64,000 bases of DNA. It comes from the human T2T-CHM13v2.0 reference genome, Homo sapiens. The translations under genes were made by a program, and so were the position numbers. The stretch lies in NCBI RefSeq assembly GCF_009914755.1, contig NC_060932.1; one strand, 5' to 3'. Below, piece by piece: positions 31,621 to 48,101 of the stretch; position 1 is the stretch's first letter; every line of letters starts with the position of its first letter. The notes below the pieces were generated by a model. The model ran no database searches. It saw nothing but the letters and a program-made list of their open reading frames with translations, and was not told the origin of the DNA.

Positions 31621-31924
31621 AGCCAGATGCGGTGGCTCCCGCCTGTAATCCCAGTACTTTGGAAGGCCGAGGCAGGTAGATCATGAGGTCAGGAGTTCGA
31701 GACCAGTCTGGCCAACATGACGAAACCCTGTCTCTACTAAAAATACAAAAATTAGCTGGGCGTGATGGTGGGCGCCTGTAATCCCAGCTACTTGGGAGGC
31801 TGAGGCAGGAGAATCACTTGAACCCTAGAGGGGAAGGTTGCAGTGAGCTGAGATTGTGCCACTGCATTCCAGCCTGGGTGACAAGAGCAAGAGTCCGTCT
31901 CAAAAAAAAAAAAAGAAAAAAAAA
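31621..31924 (+). mobile_element. Alu (AluSg-like) with TSD ATGTCAAAGCAG
   Basis: GATCATGAGGTCAGGAG 2-bp deletion form, poly(A) tail. Confidence 0.92.
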
Positions 31925-32327
31925 TGTCAAAGCAGGAGTTTGTTCACTATGAGATTATTTGCCTTTGGTGAAATACATCACCTCCAAACTCCTACTCTAC
32001 CCCCATCACTTCTGCAGTGAGGCTCTTTGGTTTCTTTTTGCACAAATAATGGCTGTTTTTCTTCCCTTCAAAGATGACAATTTCCAGGCCCTGCAGTGTC
32101 CCGCCAAGAACCATTCTGGGAGCAGCATCTTCAGAATCCCAGGTTCCCACTACAGGAACTTATGGACAATCTGGGAATCTCTTTCCAGTCCATCTACAGG
32201 ATCCATCCAAGAATTAAACATTAAAATATAAAAACATTATTATCACAGAGCCTCAAACATGCAATGCCAGATATCTAAGTTCCTTAAAACAGTAGAGCAG
32301 CTTAAAAAAAAAAAAAGACATATTCTG

Positions 32328-32645
32328 GGCCAGGCACGGTGGCTCACGCCTGTAATCCCAGCACTATGGGAGGCTGAGGCGGGCAGATCACCTGAGGTAA
32401 GGAGTTGGAGACTAGCCTGGCTAACATGGTGAAACCCCATCTCTACTAAAAATACAAAAATTAGTCGGGCGTGGTGGCACATGCCTGTAATCCCAGCTAC
32501 ACGGGAGGCTGAGGCAGGAGAATTGCTTGAATGTGGGGAGGCAGAGGTTGCAGTGAGCCAAGATTGCGCCATTGCACTCCAGTCTGAGAGACAGAGCGAG
32601 ATTCTGTCTCAAAAAAAAACAAAAAACAAACAAACAAAAAAAAAA
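32328..32645 (+). mobile_element. Alu (AluS)
   Basis: Full dimer with (AAAC)n tail. Confidence 0.93.
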
Positions 32646-33514
32646 CCCTATACTGATGGCTATTACAGAAAGATAAAAATATGGCTGCCAAGTCCAGTTC
32701 CAGATACTGCTGAAGTAGAAGAAAATATAAAATGCAATACTATAGGCCCTGCAATGGTTTGCATATTAAGTTCTTCTCTACGGTTGTATTTTCTCAAGTT
32801 TCTATAACAGACACACATAAGCTATGGAGTAATTTTTTTAAAGGACTTTTAAAAAGATACTGGTTAAGATCCACACCAAGCTGACATACTGGATGAAGAA
32901 ACCATGCTTCTAGTTTCTGTGTCACATTCTCCAAGGGAATGCTGTAAAACCCTGCTGGCATCCCGGAAATGAGGAGAAATATTACCTCCCCTAGGAAAAA
33001 CTCCTTCACTCCCTGAGTTAATTGCTCACTTTTCTATATTCCCCTAGCACTTTGTTCTACAACTATTACCATACCAAACATATAGTTTCTATGTTGAAAT
33101 TCTTTATTTATACTTCTCATTTTCCCCACTCAATTGTAAGCCGCTCCAGGACAAGGAGAGTCATATTGCTTTTTGTGGTCCCATGATAGTGCCTGAAATA
33201 AAAGGAGTTTGTTCAATGAATGAGAAGGGTTCTTGCTGCAAATTCATTCAAATACTTTTAAGCACCTGTGATGAATGAGTATCATTGCACTGAAGGTACC
33301 CATCAGGTGGTTCGGAGAAACTTTCATGTGCCTGGGAGCAGTCCCCAACACTTGCCCTACAACCCAAATTTTCCAATGTCACCACGACAATGAAAAGAAC
33401 AGGCCTATAGCTGCCAGTACAACAAGAAGACCCAGAAAGACAAGGCAAAGTAAGAGGCAGAAGAGAGTAGCTGCATTGCAATGAAAAGGAAATCACCCTC
33501 CTCCCTTTGAATAG

Positions 33515-33886
<372 letters not shown>

Positions 33887-34575
33887 TAAAGACGGTCAGG
33901 CATACGGGGGTATTCATTTTCTTTTTATACTTTTCACATGTTATGAATAACTTTTATATGATTCAGTACTTGCTGAAGCCATTAAATTTTTTTCATTGAT
34001 TTAATAAACATACTTTAAACATCTCCTATGTTCTAGGCACTACGTTTTGGGGCTTCAGACATGAATAAGTCATAGTCTGTATCTCAACAGGTTTGCAGTC
34101 AAATATGAGGGACGCATAAATAGATACAACCCAATGAGATCCTTATTTTAAAAGGGTTCTTCATTTTATGGAAACTCAGAAAAATGGTCTATCCAATCAT
34201 CCCTACTGCTTCCCATTCCACAAGGAAACAAGGAAAACCCACGTAAGGAGGAAAACGCAAATTGCAACCAAAGGCACAGCTCAAGGTTCAACAACCAGCA
34301 CGTCATTAAAGTGATCAAAGAACCCATCAAGCCAACTCGTGCAGAAACAGTGGTTCATTTTCTTCCTTTTTCATTCTTCTTCACATGTGCTTTATTATCC
34401 AGAAAACTAGTTGCAACTTCTAATATGTGGAATCCCACAGAGTTTTAAAAAATGGGAAAATACGAGTCAGCTCAGCTCTGATAACTTAAGCTGCATCTTC
34501 TTGTGCAGCCACCCAAGGGGAAGAGTCCACGTGCAGAATGCAGTTAACACTGGGAGTCAGCCTCCATCTGCTTAC

Positions 34576-34649
34576 CACGTGTGTTGGTGGCCATGTCAGC
34601 CACTTTCTGAAAGGCGTCCAAGAAGGCAGCTGCTGCTACTACTGTTGTC
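34576..34649 (-). CDS. MTSS1: MTSS1 coding exon 3 (74 nt, TTVVAAAAFLDAFQKVADMATNTR-G)
   Basis: Acceptor TTTTAG|G and donor G|GTAAGC. Phase is compatible with exon 2 (CG+G = Arg). Exon 4 was not found in the window. Confidence 0.97.
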
Positions 34650-34914
34650 CTAAAATGCAAACAGATAACAAAAGCATAAGGAATGTCTCTCCCTAGCAAA
34701 TTCATTACAGCTCAAGGCCTAAAACCTCTGCTAAGGAGTACATGTAACCTTCCTCCAGAAATAACTCAACTGAGCATGGACAACCACTGTCTTGCTGAAC
34801 CCACTTTTTTCCAAGTACTCCACCCGAATAATATCCAGCTCATTCGGTGCTAATCAATAAATGCTAGTAGCCCTTCCCATTCCATTTCATCTGACTGTAT
34901 AAAACCATTACCAG

Positions 34915-35210
<296 letters not shown>

Positions 35211-35996
35211 CACCTACTACCAGGCAAAGTTTTATACAGGAGGAAAACAGAGGCATTTCTACCTAAAAGGAAAAATAAAACATTAAAAAATATAAGTGGT
35301 AGAGGTGAAATTAATTTTGGAGTAGGAAAGCAATATATATATATGCACATCAGTTGGGGGAAGGAATCTGGTAGAAAGATCATGTAGTTCAAACAATTCA
35401 TTTTAGGAATAGGAGAACTGAGGCCACAAATACGAGGCCACAAACATAGCCCTAGTTCATACTAGAGCTGGGACAAGTATCCCAGCCTCATGACTCACAG
35501 GCTTGGGCTTGACCCACTATAAGACAAGATCCTGGCAGTGTGACTTTTCTCCCTAGATCCTAGTTATAATGAAACTGAGATACTACTGTTTCAACCTTAG
35601 GACACTATTTCAACTGAATCTTCCAAATTCCTACAAGGTGAGAATGGGGAGAAGGTACTATAGTCACTTATGTCCTAGAAATTATTCTGGGTTCTTAATA
35701 TTTTTTTGGACACCATAGGATGCCTTGAGCCCTCTGTGGTCTACTGGTTCCAAGAGTCATGACCTAAGGCATCATTCAGCGTAGTCAACACTCCAAGCCA
35801 GGGCCATGGATTCCACACAAACAAGCCCCAGAACTAGAATTCAAGGACTTTACAATCAAACTTGTAACTAAGTGTTAATTTTCAAGTATTTCTTATATAA
35901 CTCAGCCTTTACTGAGCGTTCCTAAGGATGCAAAGTTGCTGAAGAAGAATAACAATAAGGACTAGAAAGGGAAGATTTCAAAATAGAGAAAAATGA

Positions 35997-36320
35997 AACC
36001 AGCTGTAGTGGCTCATCCTGTAATCCCAGCACTTTGGAAAGCTGAGGTGGGAGGATCACTTGAGCTCAGGAGTTTGAGACCAGCCTGGGCAACATACTAA
36101 GACTCCATTCTCTACACACAAAAAAATTGTTTTTAAATTAGCCGGGCACAGTGGTGCATGCCTGTAGTCCCAGCTACTCAGGAGGCTGAGACGGGATGAC
36201 CACTTGAGCCCAGGAGGTCAAGGGTGCAGTGAGCCATGGCTGCACTACTGTACTCCAGCCTAGGTGACAGAGCAATACCCTCTCTCAAAAAGAAAGAGAA
36301 AAGAAAAAAGAAAGAAAAAG
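35997..36320 (+). mobile_element. Alu (AluJ-like)
   Basis: J-type motifs and a GA-rich tail. Confidence 0.88.
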
Positions 36321-38051
36321 GGAAAGGAATGGCCTTTAAACATCAGCAACAGTAGTTTTGAAACAAAAGGTTCCTGCAAGGTGCTGGAAGTAGTTCCTGG
36401 GAAAATCTAGGCAACAGTCCCTTACAGCCAAACTTCAAAATGAGGCCTGTTATTTTCCAGTAGGGCAAGAAAACATTCTGCTCAAAATTTTTAAAAATAA
36501 TGACATACATGTACACAAAACCACTTTGAAGCATATTTTTTAAAGAGTTGACATCAAACACAAACCCTGGAAAAATTAGCTTTATCAAACTTCTTGGGAC
36601 TTATAAATAGCTTGTTCTGATTTACAATTAATATCTGACACAATGGCTGGATTTATTCTCATCCAACTCAATGCCAATCATCCAAATTTAATGAACCAGC
36701 TGCAGAGGTGTCTTGCATATTACACAGTCACCAGGGCTCCACTGAAAATTAGGCGGGTGATCAAGTTTGAGGCTTTTAAATGGCAGTCATATTTCACTGT
36801 CCGCTGTAGTCACAAGACATCTTGGCCCTCTTTGATGGGGCAGAGCAAACTTGTAACCAACAGAAACACAGAGGAGTGATTCAGCTTAAATAAACTAAGG
36901 CTTCTATGCCTCTTCTGCAATCTAAACTTCATCCTTTCTCTAACACACAAAATTAAACTATGTGCATGAGGCCCCTATATTGCTCTCAGCCCTGTACTAT
37001 TAGTTTAACAAAATAATAAAGAAATGGTCCCTGCCTTCAGGACAAAACATTGTTTAATAATATAAAATGTATCCTGTACCAGTAAGGACAGGTTAAGATT
37101 ACTTTAAATTTTACTTTATATGTTTAAGACAGCTGATCTGTTCATTACTTTAAGCTTCAAGATCCTCACTGATAAAAGGGGAAGATAACAATTTTCTTGG
37201 TCTACTCTGAAAGACTGCCAGACGGTTAAATGAGGCTGAATCTTAAAAAAGTAGGGGAAATGTACTTAAATGTTTTACTGTATTACTATAGGAGGAGACC
37301 TCCCACAGGATAAAGATGAAGCTACCTAAAATAAATGGTAATCATGGCAGACATGGAGGTGGGAGTAGATATGGCTAAATAAGGTGAGGCTGGTGAAGGA
37401 CTCAGGTGAGGAGCCCTGAATCCTGAGCAGGGGAGGTGGGATCTGATCCAGTAGAAAGTAATTACAAGAGCTTAAGCAGGGCTTAAGTACAGGACTTGAC
37501 AACTGGGGAAGGTGCAGTATTCCAAGTTCACTGTCCATCTGAGGCTGCAGTTCATGGATGGAAATCCCAGGCTCCAAACAAAGCTGAAGGAATGAAAGAA
37601 AAAAGGCCCACCTTTCCCAAGTTCTTTAGTCTATAGGGCACCATGGACACTCTAGTCCTATGGCTAACACTCTGGGCAGTGACCCCTGGTGTCCACAGGC
37701 AAAGGCCCGAGAGCATCACATCATCCCTCTCCCACCTCTCTGTCGTCCACATGGCTCTTTATCCTGGAAAACCCCTGCCTGCCCCGCTCTCTGAACCATC
37801 TTCCTCCATCCAAACCAACCAATGACATCCCCTACATGCCATGAACCAGGGCCATCAAAATAATTCCTTTTTAAAATGTCCTATCCTTCATGAAGCACCC
37901 ACTAAGTGAAATTGTATCCCTTCACCACAATGATTTAAAAGGGTAGAGCTTTAATAAGAAGATGCCAACGTATTTTCTATTTCATATCACATGATATATG
38001 AACAAGCACGAGACTAGGCAATCACAGCCCCTTAGAGCTCAGCACTGGATC

Positions 38052-38640
<589 letters not shown>

Positions 38641-38669
38641 AACAGGAGGTTTTAAACTCTATTTGTGGA

Positions 38670-38905
38670 GAGGCAGTAAGCAGAATGGAGGAGAACATGG
38701 ACTCTGGAGCCAGAGAGCCTAAGTTCAAATCCTTGCTCTGCCATTTAGTAGTGATGTGACTATGGATAAGTTATTTAACTTCGCTGTGCCTCAGTTTCCT
38801 CATCAGTAAAATGGGGATAATAATGGTATGTACCTTGTGGGGTTATGAGATTTAAACAAGTTAACAAATGCCTGGCACATAGTGAGCAATACATAAATGT
38901 TACCC
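38670..38905 (+). mobile_element. MIR, near full length
   Basis: GTTCAAATCCTTGCTCTGCCA...GCCTCAGTTTCCTCATCAGTAAAATGGGGATAATAAT...TGCCTGGCACATAGT. Confidence 0.85.
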
Positions 38906-39179
38906 GTTGCTACCTTACATACAGTACCTACCTCATTTGACTCTCAAAATTCCTATGGAAGGAGGAAAGCAGACATGAATGAGTCCCATTTTACATATGG
39001 CAATCAGGGCCCAGGATATATGGCTATAGGTGATCATGCTCCAATCAGAACCCAGCACAGGCTTCCCTATCTGCAGCACTTCCTGAATCAACCCTAATCA
39101 ATCTGCATTTTGGTCTGTCCCACTCCATCCTTGTCTGAGGATGTTGTCCTTTTCCTGTAGAACATGTGCTTCTACTTAC

Positions 39180-39241
39180 CGAAGCTGGGACTGCAGCTTT
39201 CCTGCTTTGTTTATGAAATCTTCCCAAACTGGATAGCTCCC
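39180..39241 (-). CDS. MTSS1: MTSS1 coding exon 2 (62 nt, GSYPVWEDFINKAGKLQSQL-R)
   Basis: Acceptor TTGCAG|GGG and donor CG|GTAAGT. Continues the exon 1 frame and matches the recalled MTSS1 sequence. Confidence 0.97.
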
Positions 39242-40238
39242 CTGCAACACATCAAAGACATCAGTAAGTCACACTGCGATAGACATCTGATTACTACATT
39301 AACAGAGCACCCAATTCCAATCATGCAGGGAACAATCTGTGTATGTTCTCTTCCTTTGCAGGTCTGCAATACGTTTCCCGGATTCTATATACATGTATTG
39401 GCTCAGGAATCAGTTTAGAATGTGCTCAGTTCCTATAATCTTGTAAATACTACAAACATCAACTGAACTAGTTTGGCAGAATCTGACACATACACTTTTG
39501 AGTTGGTAGATGGTGGGTCCAAATTTAAGGTGTACAGAACATTTAAAGCTCCACCCTGAACCACTTGTTCATGAAACATGGCCCTGGCTGTTCTCCCACT
39601 TGCCCCAAACAACACCAAGCAGGGAACCAGAGTGACTGGGGCTCTTCCCCAGGACAGGTGGTTACAGAAAGCATTAATTAGACTATCAGAATCTCAAGAT
39701 TGAAAAATTACCTAATGCAGCAGCTCAGCTGATGGCTTAAGCCCAACACCTAGGGACAGTATAGCAACAGGTGGTTCCCCAACACACTTCGGCTAACAGG
39801 GAACTCATCACCTTCCCAGCCTATTATCAGCCACCCTGTCCTTGATGTTCATGTAGTTCTAGTTCTAACCTCTGGGAGCCCTCAGTTAAGATCAATAATC
39901 CTGCTTCCACATGGAAGTCTTTTCAAAATCCAGTTTCACATCCAACCCCACTTCTCCCCGGGACCCTGCTTCACACCCTGACTGCATCCCAGAGACACTC
40001 AGCGTGTCTCTCTACTCTTCCTCTAAGTGTGGTGCATAGACACAAACTCAAATCTGCAGGTGCAAGTCTGACAGGGCAAAGCAGGCAGGGACCGACGTCT
40101 CCCTTCCTACACATGTTAAATTTATATTAAGATCACACAGCCCACCAACCAAGAGGTGACTCAAAATCAACACAGAAAGGGGGAAACAATGGGCTGAGAA
40201 GTGGTATTTGGCATTGATCATTTAAGTACAGAACTAAG

Positions 40239-40560
40239 GGCCGGGCGCCATGGCTCACAGCTGTAATTCCAGCACTTTGGGAGGCCAAGGTGGGCAGACA
40301 TCTTGAGGCCAGGAGATCGAGATCAGCCTGGCCAACGTGGTGAATCCCCATCTCTACTAAAAATACAAAAATTAGCCAGGCATGGTGGCGCATGCTTGTA
40401 GTCCCAGCTACTCAGGAGGCTGAGGCATGAGAATCACTTGAGCCTGGGAGATGGAGGTTACGGTGAGCTGAGATCGCACCACTGCACTCCAGACTGGGCA
40501 ACAGAGCAACACTCCGTCTCAAAAAATAAAATAATATAAAATAAAATAAAACAAAACAAA
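40239..40560 (+). mobile_element. Alu (AluSz/Sx-like)
   Basis: Full dimer with (AAAAT/AAAAC)n tail. Confidence 0.93.
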
Positions 40561-40815
40561 ACTAAGACTAAACACCTGGGGATTATTTTTGCAGAACAGA
40601 GCGTAAATGTTATGAACCCTGACAAGGTAAAAACAACATATGCTACCTCTTGATTTTCTTGTTCAGGAAAGGAGGAAAAAATTATAATGAGGTTAATCAA
40701 CTCATCTTTCATGACAGAAGCCCAATTAAAACTGTCTAAAACTGCAACCCAGCTAAAACATTAACAGTTTTACCTTCCTAATGGTATTAAACATCATTTT
40801 TTCTTACCCTTAGAG

Positions 40816-41026
40816 CAGGTTCTCAGCCTCAACACTATGGACATTTGAGGCCAGATAATTCTTTGTCGTGGGGGGCTGTCCTGCACATTTAAGATGTTTA
40901 GCAGTATCGCTATCTTCCATTCACTAGATGCCAGCGTTCCCCCACCCCCTATTTGGGACAACCAAAAATGGGACATTGCCAGATGGCCCCTAGGGGACAA
41001 AAATCACGCCCAGTCAAGAACCACTG
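40816..41026. mobile_element. MER20 hAT MITE
   Basis: CAGGTTCTCAGCC...GGACATTTGAGGCCAGATAATTCTTTGT...GACATTGCCAGATG...AGAACCACTG. Confidence 0.8.
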
Positions 41027-42314
41027 CCTTAAAGGCACATCTGAGAAATCAACTTAAAGAAAGTGGTGAAGAAACAATTACAGTATTACTTCAGTTTCAT
41101 TTTCTTCTGTTAAATGAAAGTACAATTAAGTATATTTTTTCAAAAGATCATGCATAGCACTCATTATAACAAGGAGCACTCATTATAACAAGGAACACCT
41201 TGTTATAGAATCGTCTATTTATATACTTCCCTAGCTGTCAATTCTGTCTGAAAATGTACATAAGAGATATCTGGAAAGTTGTCTATAAAATATTAATACG
41301 GGTTACTTCTGGGAGTTAAAATCTGGACCAATGTATTGCTTTCTCCTTTGTACTTTCCTTTATGGCTGGAGTCTTGTGAGTTTTCTTTATAAGGGTCATG
41401 TATCATTTTAATGAAAACAATAAAGTCATTGCATTTTTTAAAACGTAAGATCAAATTAGAGGTTCTGGCAACAACAGCACCATGAATTTACAATCCACCC
41501 GAACTCTAAAGTCTGTTTCACGCATGCTGCTACACCACATTCATCAGTTCTGCCTTCATGCATTGGAGACCTGCTTGGCTCAAGCACAGGTTTCTGGATT
41601 TATTCCTCTAAGTGGCAATTTGCCCCTATGGGAAACTAAGCAACAGCCGGGCAAGAATCGTGTCTGGCTGGCTCCTGGCAGAGGCCCTTTGGCAGCTACA
41701 CCTGAGCTACTGTCAACCAACACCTGTGTGAGGGTCTTGTCACGACATGACCTCCATCCCAAGTGTGTGCCCTGGGGGTTACTTCCACCCAAGAGCAGAA
41801 CTGTATATTAATTTATGTCAAATGAAAACTTGTGAGAGCTCAGGCTATCATTCAAGGCCCATCAAGACATAGTGGGGACTCCAATTATGACACCCAACAT
41901 ACATACCATTTTTTTAATCCAGTCCAGATAAGAACACCCCTTGTACACCTACATCCAATTAAAGAGATGAGGGCCAAGATCAGAGTCCTCAGGATGGCCA
42001 CTGGAGATCTCTGTCCAGAGGGACAGCAGTTGGCACCTCTAAGAACACAAAGGCTCAACCAACCAATAGCAGCTTCGTCCGACCATTCCTTCTCTTTCTG
42101 AGCCACAAGACACGATGAAAAGCTTTCTGAGAAATCTGAGCATTCAGAAACACTGCTCACCTACTTCTAGGCAAAGGTGCCACCATCTCTCGGCTACACA
42201 AGGAAGAAGGACCAAAGAGCCAGACCCTCCTCTCCCAAACACCAAACACTCCCATCCAGGGAGCCCTGGAGAAATATTATTAAGACGATCAAAGTATTTC
42301 TTAAGAAAAAGGTG

Positions 42315-43039
<725 letters not shown>

Positions 43040-46000
43040 CTAGGGGAAATCATTTCACTTCTCAGGGATCATTCCCTTATAATGATGATAACCAAAACAA
43101 ATAATTCCATCACCATTACCAATACCATCAATTATTGAACATTGAAAGAATGAAGGAGATGAATAAAGATTGCACGTACAGAAGCCCAATCTCTTGGATT
43201 GAACCTTAGCTCTCCCATTTGCTATGCGACACTGGGCAAGTTATTTGACCTCTGCATGGGTTTAAGTCACATCTTCACAGGGCTGAGAGGAGGAACGAAT
43301 GAGGTCATATACAGAAAGTGCTCGGTGCAGTGCCCAGCACACTGGAAGTGCTCAACAAACATTTGATATGAGGGATCCAAGTGGCCACAGGCTCTCAGTA
43401 ATCTCCTTTAGGATGTGTGGGGGACAGACTGTAAAGTCTAAGTCAGACTGTCCATCCAGACTGGAACCCCCCTTTTAGAGTACCTGGTGTGGAACCAGCC
43501 AACATGGGAAGCATCTGCATCTCCCTATTAGTAAACCAGGGTTAGGCAGAAACAGACCAAGGCAAAGGCAGCTGGGTGTTCAGTGCCAGACAATTTCTCT
43601 GCTGCTGCTAAGCAAATGGCAGGGTGGAGTACTCAACCCTGAGATGAGTGTGCCTGAAAAAGACGACTACTCAAACCACTGAAGAAACTTCTTATCTGCC
43701 CCCACTTGGAGCGTCATTTCAGTCTTTACCAAATTAGCAACAAAAGGAGGGGTCCCCTTTCTAGTCAAGGGGTACAGCTAACAGCTCCCCACCTACGAAC
43801 ATCCACCCAGCCAGAAGGTTGCCCAAAGTAGCTTGCTGCTGACTTAATGACACTTGACAGTCTATCAGAGAGAGTCAGGCCCACCTGTTTTAGGCAATAT
43901 GTAATTTAATAGATTCTAAAAAAAGAAAAAAAATCAACTTCTAAGAACAGAAGACAAAAACCTCCTTGTTGAGAAATGAAAAAAAAAAAAAGTGAGTAAA
44001 TGTCATTAAAATTTAAAGGCAAAGTGATGTTGGGTTGTTCCAGATATTTTTGTAAGTTTCTTTCAAGGAAAAAAGAAGTTTCTACCCACCTGAGAGCAGT
44101 TTTACTATAATAATTCAAGCTTAGAGGAAGTAAGAAAGGAGGAAGAAGGTAACTAGAAAGATTGAAAGGCAGCAGAGAAAAAGTCCTGCCTTTTGGACAG
44201 CAAGACTACATAAAGGAGACCATACTCAAGTTTCAAAAGAAACCCGCAACCCAAGACACTGGAAGCTCTTAGAGCCCTTTAGAAAGCAATTCCCCAACTG
44301 TCCTTGGTTTTTGCATCTGCATCCACCCACCAAGAAGTCCCCAGAAAGTTCATTCCTGAGGTTGCTGGCTGAGCTCTGTCCCCATTTGAGGAAATCCCTC
44401 GGAATGCACTCCCAGAGCCGTGAAAACAATTCAACACAGACCCCACTGTGGATTTCACCTGAGAACACATAAAGGCTTCACAACGTTCCAGACAGACCCA
44501 AATCAAAGAAAACAAAACTCCCGCCACGCCCCGGCTTCTGCCAAGTCCAAAGTCACAAGGCAAAATGAGAAGGCGCACCTCCTCCAGGAGCCCCCTGAAT
44601 TTCTTCAGAGAGGAGAGCCAGGAGTTTCTGGAGCCCTTGGCAGTGCGTTCGTTGAAAATACAACTCAGATTACACTGGGTTCTAAGAAAGGAAAAGGTCC
44701 CTATTAAAGAAACGGGAAGAGAAAGCCAGTTTGTTTACAAGCGTGTAAAGAGGACTCCCTCCATCACTTCCTTGGGTGAGAGATGGGGCTTCCCTGAACA
44801 CGTGATCTCACCCACACTCCCCACACACACCACACCCTGTGGCTGCTTCTCTTCAAATCTCCAGGGGGATTCAGCAATATTGAAAACTCCTATTCAGCTG
44901 TCACTACCCAGCTGTGACACTTCTTCTGGAACATTCTCTGACACACCCCCTTCCCACCTACCCTCTGGTTTAGCTGCACCTACTCCCCAACTTATCACAT
45001 CATACAGTTTGCTGTCTATAAGCCTGAGGGCTTCCCCTTTGGACTGTGGAACAAGGACTGAGAAATGAAGGGAGGAAGGAAAAGTACTTCTGGTAGGGGG
45101 TGCAGCTGACACAAAAGGAGGCAGGGAACACTGACCAGCTCTCTCCAAGGGACACTGGAGTGACACATTTATGCTGGCCACTCCTCCAGGCAGGACATGG
45201 GCGAAGTGGCCCAGGTGGGCAAGGGCAGCCTTCCAGGGCAAGACCCAGGGTGGGGACTTGGGACAGGTGAGGAAGACCGGGGTGGCCTTCATTCAGACAG
45301 TGAGTGACATAAATTCCAGACCAGACAGGTGATGGGAGAACCTGGCTAATGGTCACATACCTGGCATCACTCTAGTTCCTGGGAGAGAGAGGAAAATAAT
45401 GAAGTCATTTTCTTAGTTTTTAGGAAAAAGGCCTCCTAAATCTCCTTCAACTGAAGAGTTTGGTGGCCACCTAAACAAATCCACAAGTTGGTCTCCCCAC
45501 CCCACCCTCAAAGTGGAGCTTAGGAGACACCGCCGAGTGCCTCTCCTCATCTTCCTCCTCTTCCTCCACTTTCCCTAGAGCCAGGACCCATGGCAGGCCA
45601 TTTGCCTAACACAAAGCAAGGCACAGCAATCGGCCAACAGCCATTCTGGCTTAGGGTTGTTTGGCTTCGTTTTGTTTCCTATTGAACAGAGGCCCAGGAC
45701 GGCATCCCACACATGGTGCAGAGAATAACTGTGTGTAGCTCATCAGCACGGCTGGTGACCGGTGCTCCATAAATAATGCAGCAACTGCCTCTCCCAGCCC
45801 AGCGCCACTGGGACAGCTGAGGGAATTCAACACCACGCTGCCACACAAGGAACACAGGGGCCGGGAACTGCCAGAGAAAGGGCAACTTGGGAGGAGCCAC
45901 AGAGCTGGGGAGGACTTACGTGAGGAGGAAGAATTCAGTTCAGGGGAGAATCAAGTAGGAACCAGGAGGGCAGAGGCTCTAGAGAGTGGGGTTCCAGCTC

Positions 46001-46767
46001 AAAGGCCTTTGTTCTGCCCAAAAGGTGCCAGACAGAGGCTGGCTCACCAGTGGATCTGGCTGAGAAATCAAGCCGTGGGGTATATGACCAGCCAGGTAAC
46101 TTCCCAAGTATCTCTGTTCACCTTGACAAGCATCACTGTCATCACCATCATCATGAAGCATCACCACTTTCTAAAGAGTTGCCAGGTGCCAGGTATATAT
46201 ACTGGCCCTTCCCAAGCTGTAATTTACATATCCATCATCTGGGGAGCTTGCAGACAGGCAGGTTCTGATTTGCTTGGTGGAGGTGGGGCCGTTTAATCTG
46301 AGGTGCTGCTGCTCCTGGTCCACAGACCACTCTCTAAGGAGCCCAGCTTGATCCTGCATTCTCACTGCATGCTCACAGCAGCCCAGGCAGGCAGGTGCTG
46401 CTGTTATTTTAGAGCTGAGGAAACTGATGCCCAGAGAGGTTGGAGCAGAGAGCTCCAGGTTGCAATAGGATGCCAGATCTGACTTTGCAGCCCAAGTGTT
46501 CCCTGATTCTGGGAAGTGCAAGTAACCACATGAACAGAGCCAGCCTCCAGCCCAGCCCAGCCCCAGGGCTGCAAAGAGTGGCTTAGACAGCAGGTTGGGT
46601 CGCGCTTTACATGTGGGTCCTATAAGAGCCCAGACAAGGTAGAGCAGAAGAGGACAAGGGTGCCCTGCACACATGGCACCTGATTACAACTGCAGATGGC
46701 CCAGAGGGATTGTAATACCACCCTGGAAATGGTCAGGACCCCCAACCACATGAAAAAGAAAGCACGA

Positions 46768-47065
46768 GGCTGGGCGCAGTGCCTCACTCCTGTAATCCTA
46801 GCACTTTGGAAGGCTGAGGCAGATGGATCACCTGAGCTCAGGAGTTCGAGACCAGCCTGGGGAACATGACAAAACCCTGTCTCTACTAAAAATGCAAAAA
46901 ATTAGTGCAGCATGGTAGCACACGTCTGCAATCCCAGTTACTCAGGAGGCTAAGGCATGAAAATCGCTAAAGCCCAGGAGGCAGAGGTTACAATGAGCCG
47001 AGATCACGCCACTGCACTCCAGCCTAGGTGACAGAGCGAGACTGTCTCAGAAAAAAAAAAAAAAA
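46768..47065 (+). mobile_element. Alu (AluS)
   Basis: Full dimer with poly(A). Confidence 0.92.
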
Positions 47066-48101
47066 GGAAGAAAACATGAAACACACAACAAAGAGTGGGT
47101 AGAAAAATGCCTGGTAGAAATGCACCAAGAGGTTCATAGCTGTTGGCACTTGTGGTATGATTATGGATAATTTTATCTCATCTTGGTTTTCTGTGAACAC
47201 ACAAACTGGTCTTCTTCTACCAGGAGATCAGTAGAGTCAATCTGGGAGGGGCTTTTAAATCTCCAGCTGCCACAGCCACCCCTGCCACCATGACCCCTTC
47301 CCAGGTCTGCGGAGACCTCAGCAGGGCGAGTGTGAGGAACATAGCCAACAGCATCCTTCCTCTTCTTCCGCTGGGTATACCCTGGATGAGCTCAGCCTTC
47401 AGGTTACCCTGAAGCTGCTTTACGCAGCTTCCAGAGGAGGCTGGCACCTTCTGACCTACGCTGGAGTGGCTCTGGCCTCCCTGCTTCTTCAAGCATGAGG
47501 CAAGAATCCGCTCAGCTTCCAGAAGTGGGCGTGTGGGATGACAGACAGGGCCCATGAATGCCTGTCATAGCTTTGTCCCCAAAACCACCCTTCCCCACCC
47601 AATCCTGCAAGATGAAGGGCTCCTAAGATCCTCAGATGAAAGGCACTGGGTAAGCCCATCCATCATAAATACCATTCCTGGGCTTTTATTCTCTGATTGG
47701 GGGTTGCCTAATCCACTAATTATCCCTGTCCATCAAGCGGATGACAGCCTTGGGGATAATCAATGGTTGCTTCCTCGCCCGCCCACCCTCACCCACTTGC
47801 CCAAGCACACCAGCAATAAATATGCCTATGAAAAGGAAGACTGAACCACAAAAGGTGCTCCCTCTGTCCATCCGTCCATCTCCCCTTACAAACTGCTCCA
47901 TTTGTAACTATTAACACCCTAACCAAACAAATCAAGGATATCAAGCTTTTCCTCCTCCCGCATTACTAGGTTGGATGCCCGGGCTGTTTTCTGACATCTG
48001 GGTGTCTCCACTTAAAATAAAAAGAACCAAACAAATATGTCAACCATATCTTCCAAGTCATTTTCTTAAGTTTTCCACCAGGAAGTATTCCTTTGTCTAT
48101 C

